From contig OX597826.1 in assembly GCA_951406725.2 (NCBI GenBank), forward strand, positions 32,860,001 to 32,924,000: a stretch of 64,000 bases of DNA. The letters are read 5' to 3'. Below, in pieces: positions 1-13,730 of this stretch. This DNA comes from Octopus vulgaris. Its lineage: Eukaryota. Each line of letters begins with the position of its first letter. Position 1 is the first letter of the stretch. The position numbers and the translations under genes were made by a program. Under the pieces are notes generated by a model that searched no databases, was not told the origin of the DNA, and was given only the letters and a program-made list of their open reading frames with translations.

Positions 1-589
1 CCACCACCACCACCACCATACCATTTAAATATCCTTCCCTGCCCACCACTAAAACGCCTAGTTTTCCACCCTCCACCGCCAACCACATAGAATTTAGTAT
101 GTCCCCTGCCACTTCCCCTTCCAAACTATTATCAGCCATGATCCGCTTCCAGCAGCCTCACACTATCAATAATTCCACCATGACCACCACCACGGCCACT
201 ATCACCACCACTATCACCGCCATCACCACCACTACTGCCATCACCAGGAGACTAATTAAAATATCCTTCCCTGCCCAGCGCTAAAATACAACCAACCGCC
301 ACCAGCACCACCAGTACCATCACCATCATCATCAACATGCTATCAGCTACCCCTCAGCCCTACTAACACATCACCCTCCCTATGACCCTTCTGCTCTATC
401 AGTAAACCCCATCTCTATACAAGATACCCTTATTCCAAAATCTACCACAAAGTCACACCCAATAGTGTAATGTGGACCTTGATTTAGTCAAATCAGAATT
501 AGTGACGGTCATGGTTGGAGCACCTTTGATCATAGATCTGTTTAACCAGGGCTGGAATAACCATTACACAGGAATAACCATTACCCTCC

Positions 590-684
590 CGCATGGCACC
601 TTGGGTGTCTTCTACTACAGCCTCAGGCCAACCAAAGCTTTGTGAGTGGATTTGGTAGACGGAAACTGAAAGAAACCCATCATG

Positions 685-734
<50 letters not shown>

Positions 735-960
735 TATTTGTGTGTGTGTCTGTGTTTGTCCCTGCCACCATTCCTTGACAACTTGGTGTGTTTACATCCC
801 CGTAACTTAGCAGTTTAGCAAAAAGAGACAGATAGAATTAGTACTAGGCTTACAAAGAATAAGTCCTGGGGTCAATTTCTTTGACTAAAGGTGGTGCTCC
901 AGCATGGCCACAGTCAAATGACTGAAACAAATAAAAGAGTAAAAGGGTAAGAAAGAGTAA
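590..960 (+). mobile_element. SINE family A, 5'-truncated copy
   Basis: Body ggcaccttggg..gtgagtggatttggtagacggaaactgaaagaa, internal (TG)n, and tail ggtgctccagcatggccacagtcaaatgactgaaac, shared with more than 10 other copies in the window. Confidence 0.85.
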
Positions 961-1036
961 ATGGCATCAAGCAAAACCCTTCTCCTCAAAATTGCTGGCC
1001 TTGTGCTTATTATTGTTGTTGTCCTTTTTGTTATTA

Positions 1037-1243
1037 AGGTGGTGAGCTGGCAGAATCGTTAGCATGCTGGGCAAAATATTTAGCAGAATTTCGACCATTG
1101 CTCTGTTCTGAGTTCAATTTCCACTGAGGTTGACTTTGCCTTTCATCCTTTCAGGGTCGATAAATAAAGTACCAGCTGTATACTGGGTTGATTGAATCAA
1201 CTTTCTCCTCACCTGAACTTAGTGGCCTTGTGCCAAAATTCGA
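1037..1243 (+). mobile_element. SINE family B (tRNA-derived); further decayed copies follow at about 1300-1460 and 1480-1580
   Basis: Head ggtgagctggcagaatcgttagc..gagttcaa and central gactttgcctttcatcctttcagggtcgataaataaagtaccag, matching the copy at 53433-53663. Confidence 0.85.
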
Positions 1244-2089
1244 AATCATGATTATTATTATTATTTTTATTATCATTATTATTGTTACACTGACAGATTC
1301 ATTAGCACACTGGACATTCTGAGTTGAAACACTGCCAAGGTCATTTTTGCCCTTCATCCTTCCAGGAATCATAAATTAAACACCTGTCAAGTAACTGGGT
1401 CAATGTAATCAATCTGCCCCACCTCTCAAAACATTGCTGGCCTTGTGCTAATATTAGAAAGAATAATTGTTGATCAATTTTACTTCTCATCATTTCAATG
1501 TCGACAAAATAAATACCAGCTGTATACTAGGGTCAATAAAATTGACTAGCATCTTTCCTCCAAATATCAGGCCTTGTGCCTATATAAATGGCAATATTTA
1601 TCAATATTAATAATCTTTGTTTGTTATGAAATGAAATGATATCACACTGCAAGAAGTTTTGGATTATTAACAAGTTTTTTCTGGATAAAACATTCTTTTT
1701 GTTTGGTTTATATTACAAACAGAATATGTTGGTTGTTTGGATGTTTGAGCATTTAGCTTCCATACTGAGGTGAGAGGGGGTGTTGTTTTAAACACCACTT
1801 TTATTCTTTTTAACAATTCTCTTTGGTTTACATTAATTTTTTTAATATGGCTTCTTCTACCAGAGAAGTCAGAGTTAGTGAGAAGAAAGGGAGTAGCACT
1901 GAATTTACTGTTTCGAAATAATACAGTTATTAAAGCTGGAATATTCTAAGATAAATTTTTTTAGAATAGGCAAAATTAAGAGAAAATAAAGAAGAAAATG
2001 GAAAAAAAAACCCCAGAGTTATAATTCAATAAATAAAAACGTAAGTTTGAATTACAAATAAATGCAACAAAAACAAAGACACCAATAGC

Positions 2090-2400
2090 AACAATGAATA
2101 CTTGCACATCAGTACTCATGTTGTCAAATGGAAAAAGTAACAAAAAAAAGCAAGAATAGTTTTAATTTCATTCATGCTGTCAGTAACAGCCAGATTTACA
2201 AGAACCTCCTAGCTGAGAGGAAAAAAGTCTACTTGGCAAAGTTTTGTATCAAAAACAGATACATCTTTGCCAGAGTCCCTCTTTCAAGAATGACACAGGA
2301 GGAAGATTATTAACTTTCACATCACAAGTGAAGTAGGTTCTCTTATACTCTAAAAACAGCTCTTAGAGATAATGCATAAGTCAATATCTTTACTATCAGC
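2090..2400 (+). pseudogene. Decayed LRR-coding fragment
   Basis: FIHAVSNS/PDLQE and TLKTALRDN read across frameshifts; weak alone, supported by the window-wide pattern. Confidence 0.4.
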
Positions 2401-2777
2401 CAAGGAGAGGGTTACAGATGTGAATGTTTAGTTTTAAAACTGATGGTGAATGGAATAATAACTCAAATTGTTATGTTTCATGTCTGGCAATATCCTGCTG
2501 CTTCAAAACTTCCATTGTCATTTTTTACACTTCTTTCAGCATCTCTTTCTCTATCTTTTACTCTCATTCTCTCCTTTCGCTACTTATTCCTTCTCTCTAT
2601 TTTACTTCCATTCTCTCTTTCTCATCACCAAATTACTTTAATGTTACACACACACATGTATGCATATATATAAACATACATATACATATATACATGCATA
2701 CATAAAAATGTGTGTGTATAAACATATATATGTATACATGTATATATTGATATATATATATATACATATATGTGTAC

Positions 2778-2848
<71 letters not shown>

Positions 2849-2982
2849 CATACGTACATAAATACATACCTACATACATACATACGTACATAAATACATA
2901 CCTACATACATACATACAGATATACATACATACATATATATATACATATATATTTATATATATATATATATATATGTATGTA

Positions 2983-3210
2983 TTATAAACTTAAAGCTTA
3001 TAGCGATCACTGCAACTAAGGAAAATAATCTAATAAAGGGGCATAGAAGCCCTTGACAGAAAAAATTAGACTTTCTTGCACACACGGGACACAAACTTAC
3101 ATCCTTTTGTTAACGTGACTAAGTGTGTTACTGATGGCTTATATGTCCCATTATTAGACTATTTTCTTTAGTCATTTGCACAATGATTGCTATAAGCTTT
3201 AAGCTTATAA
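2983..3210. repeat. Imperfect inverted repeat with about 70 bp arms (MITE or fold-back type)
   Basis: ttataaacttaaagcttatagcgatca..ggcatagaagcc is the diverged reverse complement of ggcttatatgtccc..tgattgctataagctttaagcttataa; abuts (TA)n. Confidence 0.75.
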
Positions 3211-3699
3211 AAAAATACCATTATTATTATTTACAGAATTGGAAAACAAGACACTGCTTAACAAAACCATTTGCACTGAAAGGATATATATATATTTATT
3301 GTGTCATTATCAATTTTTAACATCTGATTTCCATGCTGGCCAAGGCTGAACAATTTGACAGTAGCTGGCAAGTCAGAAACTGCACCAAGCTCTTCTTTCT
3401 GCTCTGGCATAGTTTCTACTGCAGGATGCCCTTTCTTCATTGGGTGCTTTTTATGTGGCACCAGCAGGCAAGAATCCTCAAGTAAGTGGCAGGAATAGTA
3501 GTGAGGAAGGTGACTTTGTGCCTGATTAATGTATCAGTAGAGAGACGGAAATAGATGTCTTGCAGTAATGAAGGGACATGACCATCTCAGCAAGGGAGAG
3601 AGATAGAGAGAGATAGGAGGGAGTGAAAAGTGAAAGGGAAGGTAATATATACATATGTATATGGATATATATATATCTATGTATATACATATATGTATG

Positions 3700-3727
<28 letters not shown>

Positions 3728-3730
<3 letters not shown>

Positions 3731-3933
3731 CTGTAAAATAATATGTGACAATTATTCGGAAGCCAAGATAAAACTCTGAGTTTCAGATGCTTAGGTGGAA
3801 ATCCACACCACCATCTCTTCGGTTAGATGGCTAGATAACCGAAGGGATAGTGGTGTGGATTTCCACCTCGGCATCCGAAACTCAGAGTTTTATCTTGGCT
3901 ACCGAATAACTGTCACATATTATTTTACAGATA
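3728..3933. mobile_element. About 205 bp fold-back element (Penelope pLTR-like inverted duplication) with a degenerate hammerhead motif in each arm
   Basis: Near-perfect arms of about 95 bp (tatctgtaaaataatatgtgaca.. / ..tgtcacatattattttacagata). Right arm reads GATAA-CCGAAGG-..CATCC-GAAA-C-TCAGA-GTT-TTATC (3834-3894). Confidence 0.75.
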
Positions 3934-4200
3934 AATTCCTCTATTTACATAATATTGAGGTTTCCTTCTTTCTTTTGTTATCTTGCTGTTTTTACCAATA
4001 TGCGTGTATATGTAAATATATAAATATATTCATTTACTTGTTTCAGTCATTTGACTTGACTGTGGCCATGCTGGAGCATCAGCTTGGTGCACACACACAT
4101 ATCATAAGAGTAGAAATTAATATTATTAAATAATATCAATTTCAACCAGTGTTTAGCATACTAAAAAAACGTCTAAGAACTGTGAATTATATTTAAATAT

Positions 4201-4236
<36 letters not shown>

Positions 4237-4537
4237 GTAGGTTTATCCTTTGTGAGTGCTATGTAAAATGCACTTGTGCAGTAGCTACATAAATGCACCC
4301 ATGCCAGTGGCATGTAAAAGCACCCAGCACACTTTGTAAAGTGGTTGGCACTAGGATGGGCACTAAGCTGTAGAAACCATGCCAAAGCAGACAATTTGGT
4401 GCCTGGCCAGTTCCTGTCAAACTGTCCAGCCCATGCTAGCATGGAAAATAGTCATTAAATGTTGATAATGATGATGATGATATATATATATATATATCTT
4501 TCTTTCTCTGTCTTTCTCTCTCTCTTTATATATGTAT

Positions 4538-4575
<38 letters not shown>

Positions 4576-4690
4576 ACACATATATATTCTTTCTTTCCAA
4601 AATAATTCTCACTCTTCTGTCTCCTCTTTGGTTCCTCACAATTCTCTCTAGCACTTTCCATCTTTTTTACTTTCTTTTCTCTTATTTTTT

Positions 4691-4758
<68 letters not shown>

Positions 4759-6045
4759 TCCTTCTTTCTTTCTTCCTTTCTTTTTTCTCTTTCTCTCCCT
4801 ATTGATTTTCACTACTCCTCCCCTCTCTAATCTCTCTTACTCTCTAATTCTCTAATTCTCCCCGATTCTACTCCCTTTCTGCTTACTATTCTCTACATTT
4901 CCTCCTCTTTCACCCCCCTCCACTCCCCCACCCTCTCTTTGGGTTCTTGATTTATTGTCAAACAAGGCAATGTTATAAAAGTTGATCCTCTTTCAGGTGG
5001 AAATAATTGTGAAGTTCTGAAACTCAAGCGATATATTAAACACACACACACACACACACACACATACACAGTCACATACACTGACACACAGATATACACA
5101 TACATATATGATATATATTACATGTATATATACATACACACACACACACACACACACGTATATGTATATGTATGTATATATATGTATATATATATATAGA
5201 CATATATATATGTATATATATGTATATATATATATAGACATATATATATGTATATATATATATTCTCACAACAAGCACACACATGCTTATATAGACAAAT
5301 ACGTATAATTTCTCTCTCTCTCTCTTTCACACACACACACATACACACATACAGAGTCAAATACACACACATATTCACTTACATACATTACTATGCACTT
5401 AAATATTTATCTTCGTACACACACATTTGCATACAGATGCCTATACAGTCATACACATATACATACTCTTGAGTACATACAAACACACACACACATACAC
5501 AACTAGTGCTTCCATCATTGTTATTTCTTTTTTTACAATAAATATTCCTCTCCGCTCCACCAAACTGTTATCAGGCAAAATCTGGGAATAAGTAAAGGGT
5601 TTAAAAAACATGATCACATCATTGTTTTCCCTTTCTTTCACTGTTTTTGCCATTTTTCAGACTTCTTAGGAATTAAATATTTTGCCCTAGGCCACAGCTA
5701 AAACTACTCATTCTGGTTTTCCTCATAGTTCCAACATCCACTCACTCATCATTGCATGAGTTGGATGGAATTTGTTGGAAAAAGTTTCTGGTGGATGGAT
5801 GCCCTTCCTTTCCTCAACTTTTGCCTGTTTCTAAGTGAAGGTGATATTTTCCCATGACTAGACATATTTTTTTGTAAATGTGGATCATGCTACTTGCATC
5901 ACAGTGACACTTGTTTACAGCTGTCATGTAAAGGCAATGAGATGGTAACACATACACACTCATACATGTGTGCATGTTTGTGTGTCTGTGTGTGTAGTCT
6001 CACACACAACAGCTCATAAACAGTCACATATTTCATTCCATAATG

Positions 6046-6132
6046 GATACCTCTGAAGAGCACAGGGGTACGTAATTGGAGTGTTGCCTAACATTTCTTT
6101 GAATCCCTAGCATGAAACCAATTGGTAAGATC
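6046..6132 (+). ncRNA. Type I hammerhead ribozyme motif (PLE type), imperfect stems I and II
   Basis: CTGAAGA 6053-6059, GAAA 6114-6117, palindromic stem III ACCAATTGGT, GTA triplet 6125-6127. Confidence 0.65.
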
Positions 6133-7425
6133 AGACATAATGGATATATGATACTGTGCACTTTCTCTCTTATCCTATCTCCAAATCTTTTCCTCTCCCC
6201 TTCACAGTTCTTTGTCTGTCACTTTCTCGCCCTCACTCTTCCTCCTTTGCTCATGTGGCTCCCACATGACCATCGGCCATTTTTCTTTCTTCTCCTAACT
6301 TGTGTTTCATTCATTCTTCCTGTTGCAGCTGGACAAGGAAGACATATTCTTGTCTGTCTCCTGTCCAAGCTTATTTCTTTGCATTTGCCACCACAACCTC
6401 ATTTAAGCTTAGCAGCCCTTTCAGTTTGTTTTCACTGTCCTGTTTTTGTCACCAATTTTGACCCTCTGCAAAATCCCCAATATTATTTAATTTGCTTTGC
6501 AGGAGAAACTGTTTTATTGAAGGTGTATCTTGTTGGGAATTTCTCAAAATATGGATTAGAAAAACAGCCGACAACTGATGAAGGGTCGTTCTTTGTGTTG
6601 CTTGTCTCATTTTCCATTTGTCTTTTTCGTTGTTCACAAAAAATTTCATATTTCATGTCCTTGTACTTCATATTTTTTGTTATTTACATTTTGTGATGTC
6701 CTGTGCCCACATATGCATTTGTATATACGTATACATGTAAGTATGTACGTATATGTATATATACATATATGTATATATATATGTTATTTATGGCTCAAGG
6801 TGCCACACTGGAGCTGAAACTGGAACCATACACTTCCAATGCAAGCTTCTTACCACAAAGCTTTACCTGTTTCAATTAATTTTGAAAACAATGAAATATT
6901 TAATTAAAAAAAACTTGATCATTATTAAAGGTATGTTGCGATATAAATTAACCTGGAATTTTGATTGAAAGTTTTAATTTAGATCACTTTAACCTTTCTG
7001 TTATCACATTTCTGATGAAATACCCTCTCTTTATTGAAAATAATGATGAAAGATTTAGTAAAATAACATTGTCATTATTAAGATGTTTAAAACACCTGAT
7101 ATTGCTCCTTCTACATGCATGCACACATGTATACCCTAACTCCTACACTGTTCACTTTCCTGACTTTTGTACATAATCCTATGTACTCTACATGCACCTT
7201 TGATGATTTGTAGTGCACCTGAGCACTATACACAATAATTTCATCATTATATAAATTAATGTGAAATTTTGATAGAAAAATAAACTTAGACAACATTAAG
7301 ACAGTATGTTTGTATTATAGAAACAAGAGTAGTCCAAGAAAGATTGTTAACAAGAGGCTTAAACTATTTTCTCAAAGTTCCTTATGGTGGTAAAGAATGG
7401 TAAAATAAATCCCAAAGAAATTTAA

Positions 7426-7622
7426 CACTTTAGTATTTAAACTGGCCATATCCAGCCCAAATCTTCTACCTGTTTTCTTTTCAAACCAGCCAGATCCTGC
7501 CTTTCACATCTACCCTACAATGTCACTTTAGAAATAGACCATCAAAATCTCAAAGCTAGAAGTTAATGCAATAGTATTTCAAAATATGCTTTACATTTGA
7601 CAATATTCTGAATGCCAAAGGG
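7426..7622. mobile_element. piggyBac-type MITE
   Basis: TTAA at 7422-7425 and 7623-7626 flank imperfect TIRs CACTTTAGTATTTAAA / TCTGAATGCCAAAGGG. Confidence 0.7.
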
Positions 7623-7629
7623 TTAAACT

Positions 7630-7990
7630 CATTGAGTTAGTGCCATGAAGGCTAAATTCCCCTCTCATCAGATTCTGTCAATATTTTCCTTGACACCAAC
7701 AAAAATAATACTGGAAAATAAAGAATTTAGCCCAAATAGAGTTAAATAGAGATCATATTTATATTTATTTTTTTCGGTAGAATATGTGTTGGTGTATCGT
7801 TTTTGCAGCATTTCTTGATGCTGGTGTAAGGGGGAAGATGATGGGGATGACAACAATGGTAAACAGTGGGTGGACATTAATAGATGGTCCAGAACTGGAC
7901 ATTTTGTTCCGGTTGGAAGGAGAAAATTTGAAAATTGGTGATATGGTAATCATTACAATAAATCTGTTGTGTATATTTTTCAATTTGGAA
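7630..7990 (+). pseudogene. Decayed RI-type LRR fragment
   Basis: VEYVLVYRFCSIS/DAGVR (1-nt insertion near 7816), then PELDILFRLEGENLKIGDMVI. Confidence 0.65.
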
Positions 7991-8559
7991 ATTAGATTTT
8001 CAGGGGTGGGGGTGAGGGATGGTGGTGGTGGGGAATAGATAAAGTAAACAAATACAATGGAATACAGCCATAAAACAAAAACAAAAAACATGTAAACACA
8101 CACATCAATATTTCTATCTCTCCCTCTTCTCCCTCGCTCTCTTATGCCACTCTATATATTATATTTATATGTGTGTTTGTGTGTATGTATATATATATAT
8201 GCACACACACATACACAAACTCACACACACACATATATACATGGTCATATAAGTATATATGTATATTAATACACATATATGCTCATATGAATATACATAC
8301 ATATATATGCATATATGTAAATATATATGTATATATACATACATGCATACATATATATATATATTTATATATATATAATACATATATATGTATGTACAGA
8401 TACATATGCAAAGATATATACATATGTATATGTATATACGCATGTATACACATGCAAACACGCACACTTATATACATATACATACTAATACAGAGTAAGA
8501 AAGACAGAGAGAGAGGCGAAGAGAGAGAACGACAGACAAAGTGAGAGAGAAACATTTAC

Positions 8560-8830
8560 AGCTGAAACCCAAATAAAATATGAAATAGTCTCATTGAAAA
8601 ACTGGACGGAACACAAAGTTTATGATGAAGGAATAAGAAGTAGTAAGTAAAATTAGATTTCTAAACATAAATCTCATGTTATTATCGCAGATATAGTCAT
8701 GGCGAACTCACAGTATTTCACAAAGAATGGATAATAAAAACCATAAACATTGGGTGAATTTGATATTTCAAGAGTTGAGCAAATATATTTATCAACAAAT
8801 ACAAACAAACTTGCTTCTTGTGCAAACATA
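8560..8830 (+). pseudogene. Decayed RI-type LRR fragment
   Basis: HKVYDEGIR and ISRVEQIYLSTN. Confidence 0.55.
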
Positions 8831-9361
8831 CGACTAATATAAAACAAATATACATAAATATATAACAATCAGGAAATTATAGATTGACATTGCACAAACA
8901 TTTGATACACATAGGCAAGTGTGTGTATGCACATAGATACATACATATAAATTACATACATTTATATAGCCTGTCGTATATATGTGTGTGTGTGTGTGTC
9001 TGTGTGTGTATATTTGTGCATCTGTGTTTGTCCGCCCACCGTCGCTTGACAACTGATGTTGGTGTGTTAACATCCCCAAAACTCAGCAGTTCAGCAAAAG
9101 AAACTGATAGAATAAATACCAGGCTTACAAAGAATAAGTCCTGGGTTCGATTTGTTCGACTAAAGGCAGAGCTCCTCATGGCTGCAGTCAAATGACTGAA
9201 ATAAGTAAAAGAGTAAAAGAATATATTTATGTATATGTATATCAATATATATATATGTAAATACATATATATTTGTATATATGCATATACATATATGGCT
9301 TTTTCACTACAAAGCTTACAAAACGTGAAGTCAAAGCTGAGCCATACTGTTGTCAGCTTTG

Positions 9362-9600
9362 TCATCATCATCATTTAACGTCCGTTGTCCATGCTGGTAT
9401 GAGCTGGATGGTTTGACCAGAGCTGGCATGCTGGAGAGCTGCAATAGGCTCCAGTCCGATTTGGCATGGTTTCTATGGCCGGATGCCCTTCGTAATGTCA
9501 ACCATTTTACAGAATATTCTGAGTGCTTTGGCATAGCACCACACTTTGGCAAGAGCACTTTTGGCAAGGCACCAGATTGCACGCTTTTTACATGGCACCA
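9362..9600 (-). mobile_element. SINE family C, 3' part, with (GAT)n tail
   Basis: catcatcatttaacgtccg..ccatgc..gatttggcatggtttcta..ggatgccctt, shared with about 15 copies. Confidence 0.8.
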
Positions 9601-9619
9601 TAATAAAATACATTTTTGT

Positions 9620-10135
9620 TTCCACAATACACTGACATATCTGTGATGTCAAATACAGTGATGTGGCAACTGAAGACGTATCACAAATATATCAAAATAT
9701 GAAGCAGATGTCACGCAAACCGAGATAGAGTTTTGCACAGAAACCAAGAGAAAATGTGACTTGATATTGGTTGAGGTTTAACCTATTTATGGTGAAAACC
9801 AAATGTATCCTCTCAAAATCTCATTACCCTCACCTGCAAAGAGCAGTTGTGTGTATATCAACTTATCTTTTGTTGAGGGATGTCATGTTTGAAACCATTT
9901 TGCATTGAGATATGTGAAGTTTATGTCAAGTTTATTGAGACTTGCAGAAAATGCCAATTCTATTTTTTTTGGTAGACATTCAACATCATTATTGGAATAA
10001 CCAAAAAATTTAATTTTGCTGTGAAAATGTTAAAGAAAATATTGTGAAATATCTGAAGACAGCTTGGAGTAGGAATACGAGAATTGGTGAAGGAAGAGCT
10101 GAAGCTGTTGGTCCTCAAAAATGAGTTGATGTAAA
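9620..10135 (+). pseudogene. Decayed RI-type LRR fragment
   Basis: HNTLTYL, ICDVKYSDVATEDVSQIYQNMKQ, YINLSF and KYLKTAWSRNTRIGEGRAEAVG, with stops and frameshifts between them. Confidence 0.6.
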
Positions 10136-10469
10136 TTTGGAAAAAAGGGTGTTGGGTTGTATGTTAGGGGGTTACTGAATCATATCAGTATGAGAGAGAG
10201 AGAGAAATATATTAAAATGAAATGAAACAAAGACTATAATGGTGACGACAATGCTGCTGTTGTTGTTGTTAAGCAATAAGATGGGTAAGGGTGATTAGGT
10301 GATGGTCAAGGGCTTAGAGGCGGGAGACCCCAGAGCTTGGGAAAAAAAGGAAAAAACTTTGGTCGTCTTGTTGTAGTTGACGGCTCTTCGTTGACACCCG
10401 ACACCACTGGGAGGTGGCCCTCGAAGTCGCTGGAAATGGAGATCTCCAGGTCCACATTCTTGAATGGCT

Positions 10470-11758
10470 GTTGCTGCTGCTGACGATGCTGATGTTAAAA
10501 GTGGGGATGATGTTGATGATAATAATGATGATGATGGTAATGGAGATGAAGATCATGATGATGATGATGATGATGATATGATGATAATGATAATGATAAT
10601 GATGATGATGATGATGACAGTAGTGGTGTGGTGGTGGTGGTTATAATGATGATGACAATGATGGTGATAATGGCATTGATGATAATGACGAAGTGGCTGC
10701 TGTTGTTGCTGAGAATGATATTGATGATGTCAAAGACAACGATGATGATGACAATGGTAGTGATGATGATGATGACAATGATGATGACGATAATGTTGAC
10801 AATGATGATGATGGTGATGGTCATCATGACAAGGACAGTGATGATGATGAAAATGATGATCATAATGATAATAATGATGATGATAATGATGCTGATACTG
10901 TTGCTGCTACTGACGATGATGATGATGGTGATACTGTTTTTTCCTCATCTGCATTAAATGCTTGTCTAAATTGGAATCAGTGTTGACAGTTTTCCATTTT
11001 GACAGACAAAGGTAACATCATTTTATCATGTTTCGAAAAGACTTTGTTTGTTCTTTCTTCTCCTAATTTATTGAGATGAGGAACGATGGAGACAGCAGTT
11101 GCCTGAATGGAGATTCTTTCATTTCAAAGGTGTTTGGGTACAGACAAAGTTATGAAGCCAGAAAACCATGTCTTACTCTCAGAACTAAACTAAATATGTA
11201 AACGTTTGGATGAGAGGGCTTGACCGAGAAATTTGTGAGAAATTATAATTACTGAAGGTTCTGATCAAGAAGTGAAATGAGATGATGGTGATGATAATGA
11301 TGATGATGATGATATCATAGATGTTGATGATGAAGATGATGGTGATGGCAACACTGAAGATGATGATGAGAAGGTTGATGATGGTTATGATGATGATGAC
11401 AACAACGATGTTAATGCTAACAATAACGATGGTGATGATGACAACACTAGATTTGATGATGACAGTGATGACAATGGTGATGAAAATGATGATGGCGGTG
11501 ATGATGATGATGATGATGAAGATGATGATGGTGATGATGAAGATGATGACATCATAGATGTTGATGATAAAGATGATGGAAATGGCAACAATGATGATGA
11601 TAATGATGGTGACGATGATGACAACGATGGTGATAATGATAAGAATGTTGATGGTGATGATGATGATGACAACAATGGTGATGAGGTTACCAATGACAAT
11701 GGTGATGATGCCAATGATGACGATGGGGATGAAAATGATAACGGTAATGATGATAATG

Positions 11759-11789
<31 letters not shown>

Positions 11790-12200
11790 CAACACTTGAT
11801 GTTGATCATGACAATGATGAAGATGGTGATGAAAATGATGATGGCGGTGATGATGATGATGATGATGATGATAATGATGTTGATGGTGATGATGATGATG
11901 ACAATGATGTTGATGATGATGGTGGTGATGATGATGATGATGACAGCAATGACGATGACGCTAATAATGACAATGGTGATGATGACAACACTAGATGTTG
12001 ATGATGACAATGATGATGATGATGATGATGACAACGATGATGATGATGATGTTGTTGAGGATCATGACGATGATGATGATGCTGCTGATGATGATGATGA
12101 TTATGATGATGATGGAGATGCTGCTGCTGATGATGGTGGTGATGATGATGATGATGAAGATGAAGATGATGATGGGGATGAAGACAATAATTATGGCTCT
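10470..12200. repeat. Degenerate (GAT)n-based low-complexity tracts, interrupted by a unique island at 10950-11270
   Basis: GAT/GAC/AAT triplets; source of the poly-D/M/S/I ORFs. Confidence 0.9.
10950..11270 (+). pseudogene. Decayed RI-type LRR fragment
   Basis: CIKCLSKLESV../ILTDKGNIILSCF and LTLRTKLNM*TFG*EG. Confidence 0.55.
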
Positions 12201-12883
12201 GTCGACATCAAAGAAGCTGAAATGATTACACCGAGAAAAAGGATACGAAATAATAGTTAATGTTATAGTTAAATGGTAAATATATTAAACCATTAATATT
12301 CTAGTTAAGTGATAAATGTATGATATTAATACTAGCGAAAGTTATTATTGTATTGATATTTTCGTTAAGTAGTAAACGAATTACTATATAAATGTTGTAC
12401 TTCAGTTTGTGAATGCATTTTTCAATGCTTTGAACTTCTAAAAATATGAATAGTTTTTAGAAAAATAAACACTCGATGTTTCAAGGGTGTAATTTGCTAG
12501 GCAAACGATTGGCTCTAAGACTATGTGTTGAGGCTAAGACAATTACAGCATGAAAGGAATATATTTGCCATTCAAAAACATGCAAAGACTGCATCAATCA
12601 TCAATCATCAATCAGTCATCAACATTTGATATTTGTTTCCCATGCTGTCATGGGTTGGAAAGCTTGACAGGAACTGCCAAGGGGAAGGGCCACGCCAGCT
12701 TCCATAATCTGTTTTGGCTTGGTTTTGACAGCTGGATGCCCTTCCTAATGCCAACCACTGAGTGCATTTGGTCCCTTTTTTTGAGATGGTACCATCATCA
12801 GTGCTTCGTATGTGGTACCAGCACCAGTGCTTTTTATGTGGGACCATCGATTCTACTGATCAGAAAGAGAATGGTCATAATAC

Positions 12884-13097
12884 TCTTTTCTACTAAAGGC
12901 ACAAGGCCTGAAATTTTAGATTAGGGGACTAGTTGATTACATTGACACTAGTGTTTCACTGGTATTTAATTTATCGACTCTGAAAAGATGAAAGGCAAAG
13001 TCGCCCTGAGCGGAGTTTGAACTCAGAACATAAAGACATGAAATACTGCTAAGCATTTTATATGGTATGCTAATGATTCTGTCAGCTCGCTGCCTTA
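12884..13097 (-). mobile_element. SINE family B
   Basis: Reverse complement of the family B head and central domain. Confidence 0.8.
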
Positions 13098-13344
13098 AGA
13101 ATGGTCATAATGATGATGATGATGATAGTAATGATGGCAATGATGCAGGTGATGGTAATAATGTCAACAACAATAGTAAATACGATGGTTCTGTCAGTGG
13201 TGGGGTGATGATGATGATAATGGTAATAATGATGATGATGACAACAACAACAACGATAATGATGATAATCATGAAGATGATGGTGATGATGAAGATGATA
13301 ATGATGATGATGATGATGATGATGGTGATTACAACCTTCTTCCT

Positions 13345-13730
13345 GATGGGGAAAAATTTCTGAAGGAGTTATTCTAAGAGCAATAAAAGAAAATATTTAA
13401 GTGTTGCTTTATAATATTGCTGCTAACTTTGGTGGTGTTATTGACTCTTGAAGCAGATGTCAGCAATTCCATTTGTCTTAAAACCAATTTCATTCAAATC
13501 TAATATCTAGAGATCTGTATTAATATTTTGAAAACACAGGCTTTCAACATTTCTCCTAGAATATTCTCTGTAGAAAAATGACCATATTAGACAAATCTCC
13601 CCAAAGATAATTGAGTTGTAATCTAAAGTGACATCTCTTTGGTTCCATTAACTTGTTTTATCTCCTTGACAACATGATTTTAAATTATGAAAACCATAAA
13701 TGGAAACTATGAAAGCAGTTGTGGTACTTT
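13345..13730 (+). pseudogene. Decayed LRR-like fragment
   Basis: GKISEGVILRAIKENI* and ENTGFQHFS*NIL. Confidence 0.4.

Noticed and set aside
6112-6696. 194 aa ORF
   Set aside because: Pyrimidine-rich low-complexity sequence overlapping PLE-like repeats; no recognisable domain.
10464-12260. Asp-rich and Met-rich ORFs resembling acidic biomineralisation proteins or reflectin
   Set aside because: Frames of (GAT)n microsatellite with no reflectin MDM motif, signal peptide or splice context; the same pattern occurs throughout the window.
13345-13730. Possible decayed Tc1/mariner DDE fragment
   Set aside because: No TIRs or convincing catalytic motifs; the LRR-like reading fits the context better.
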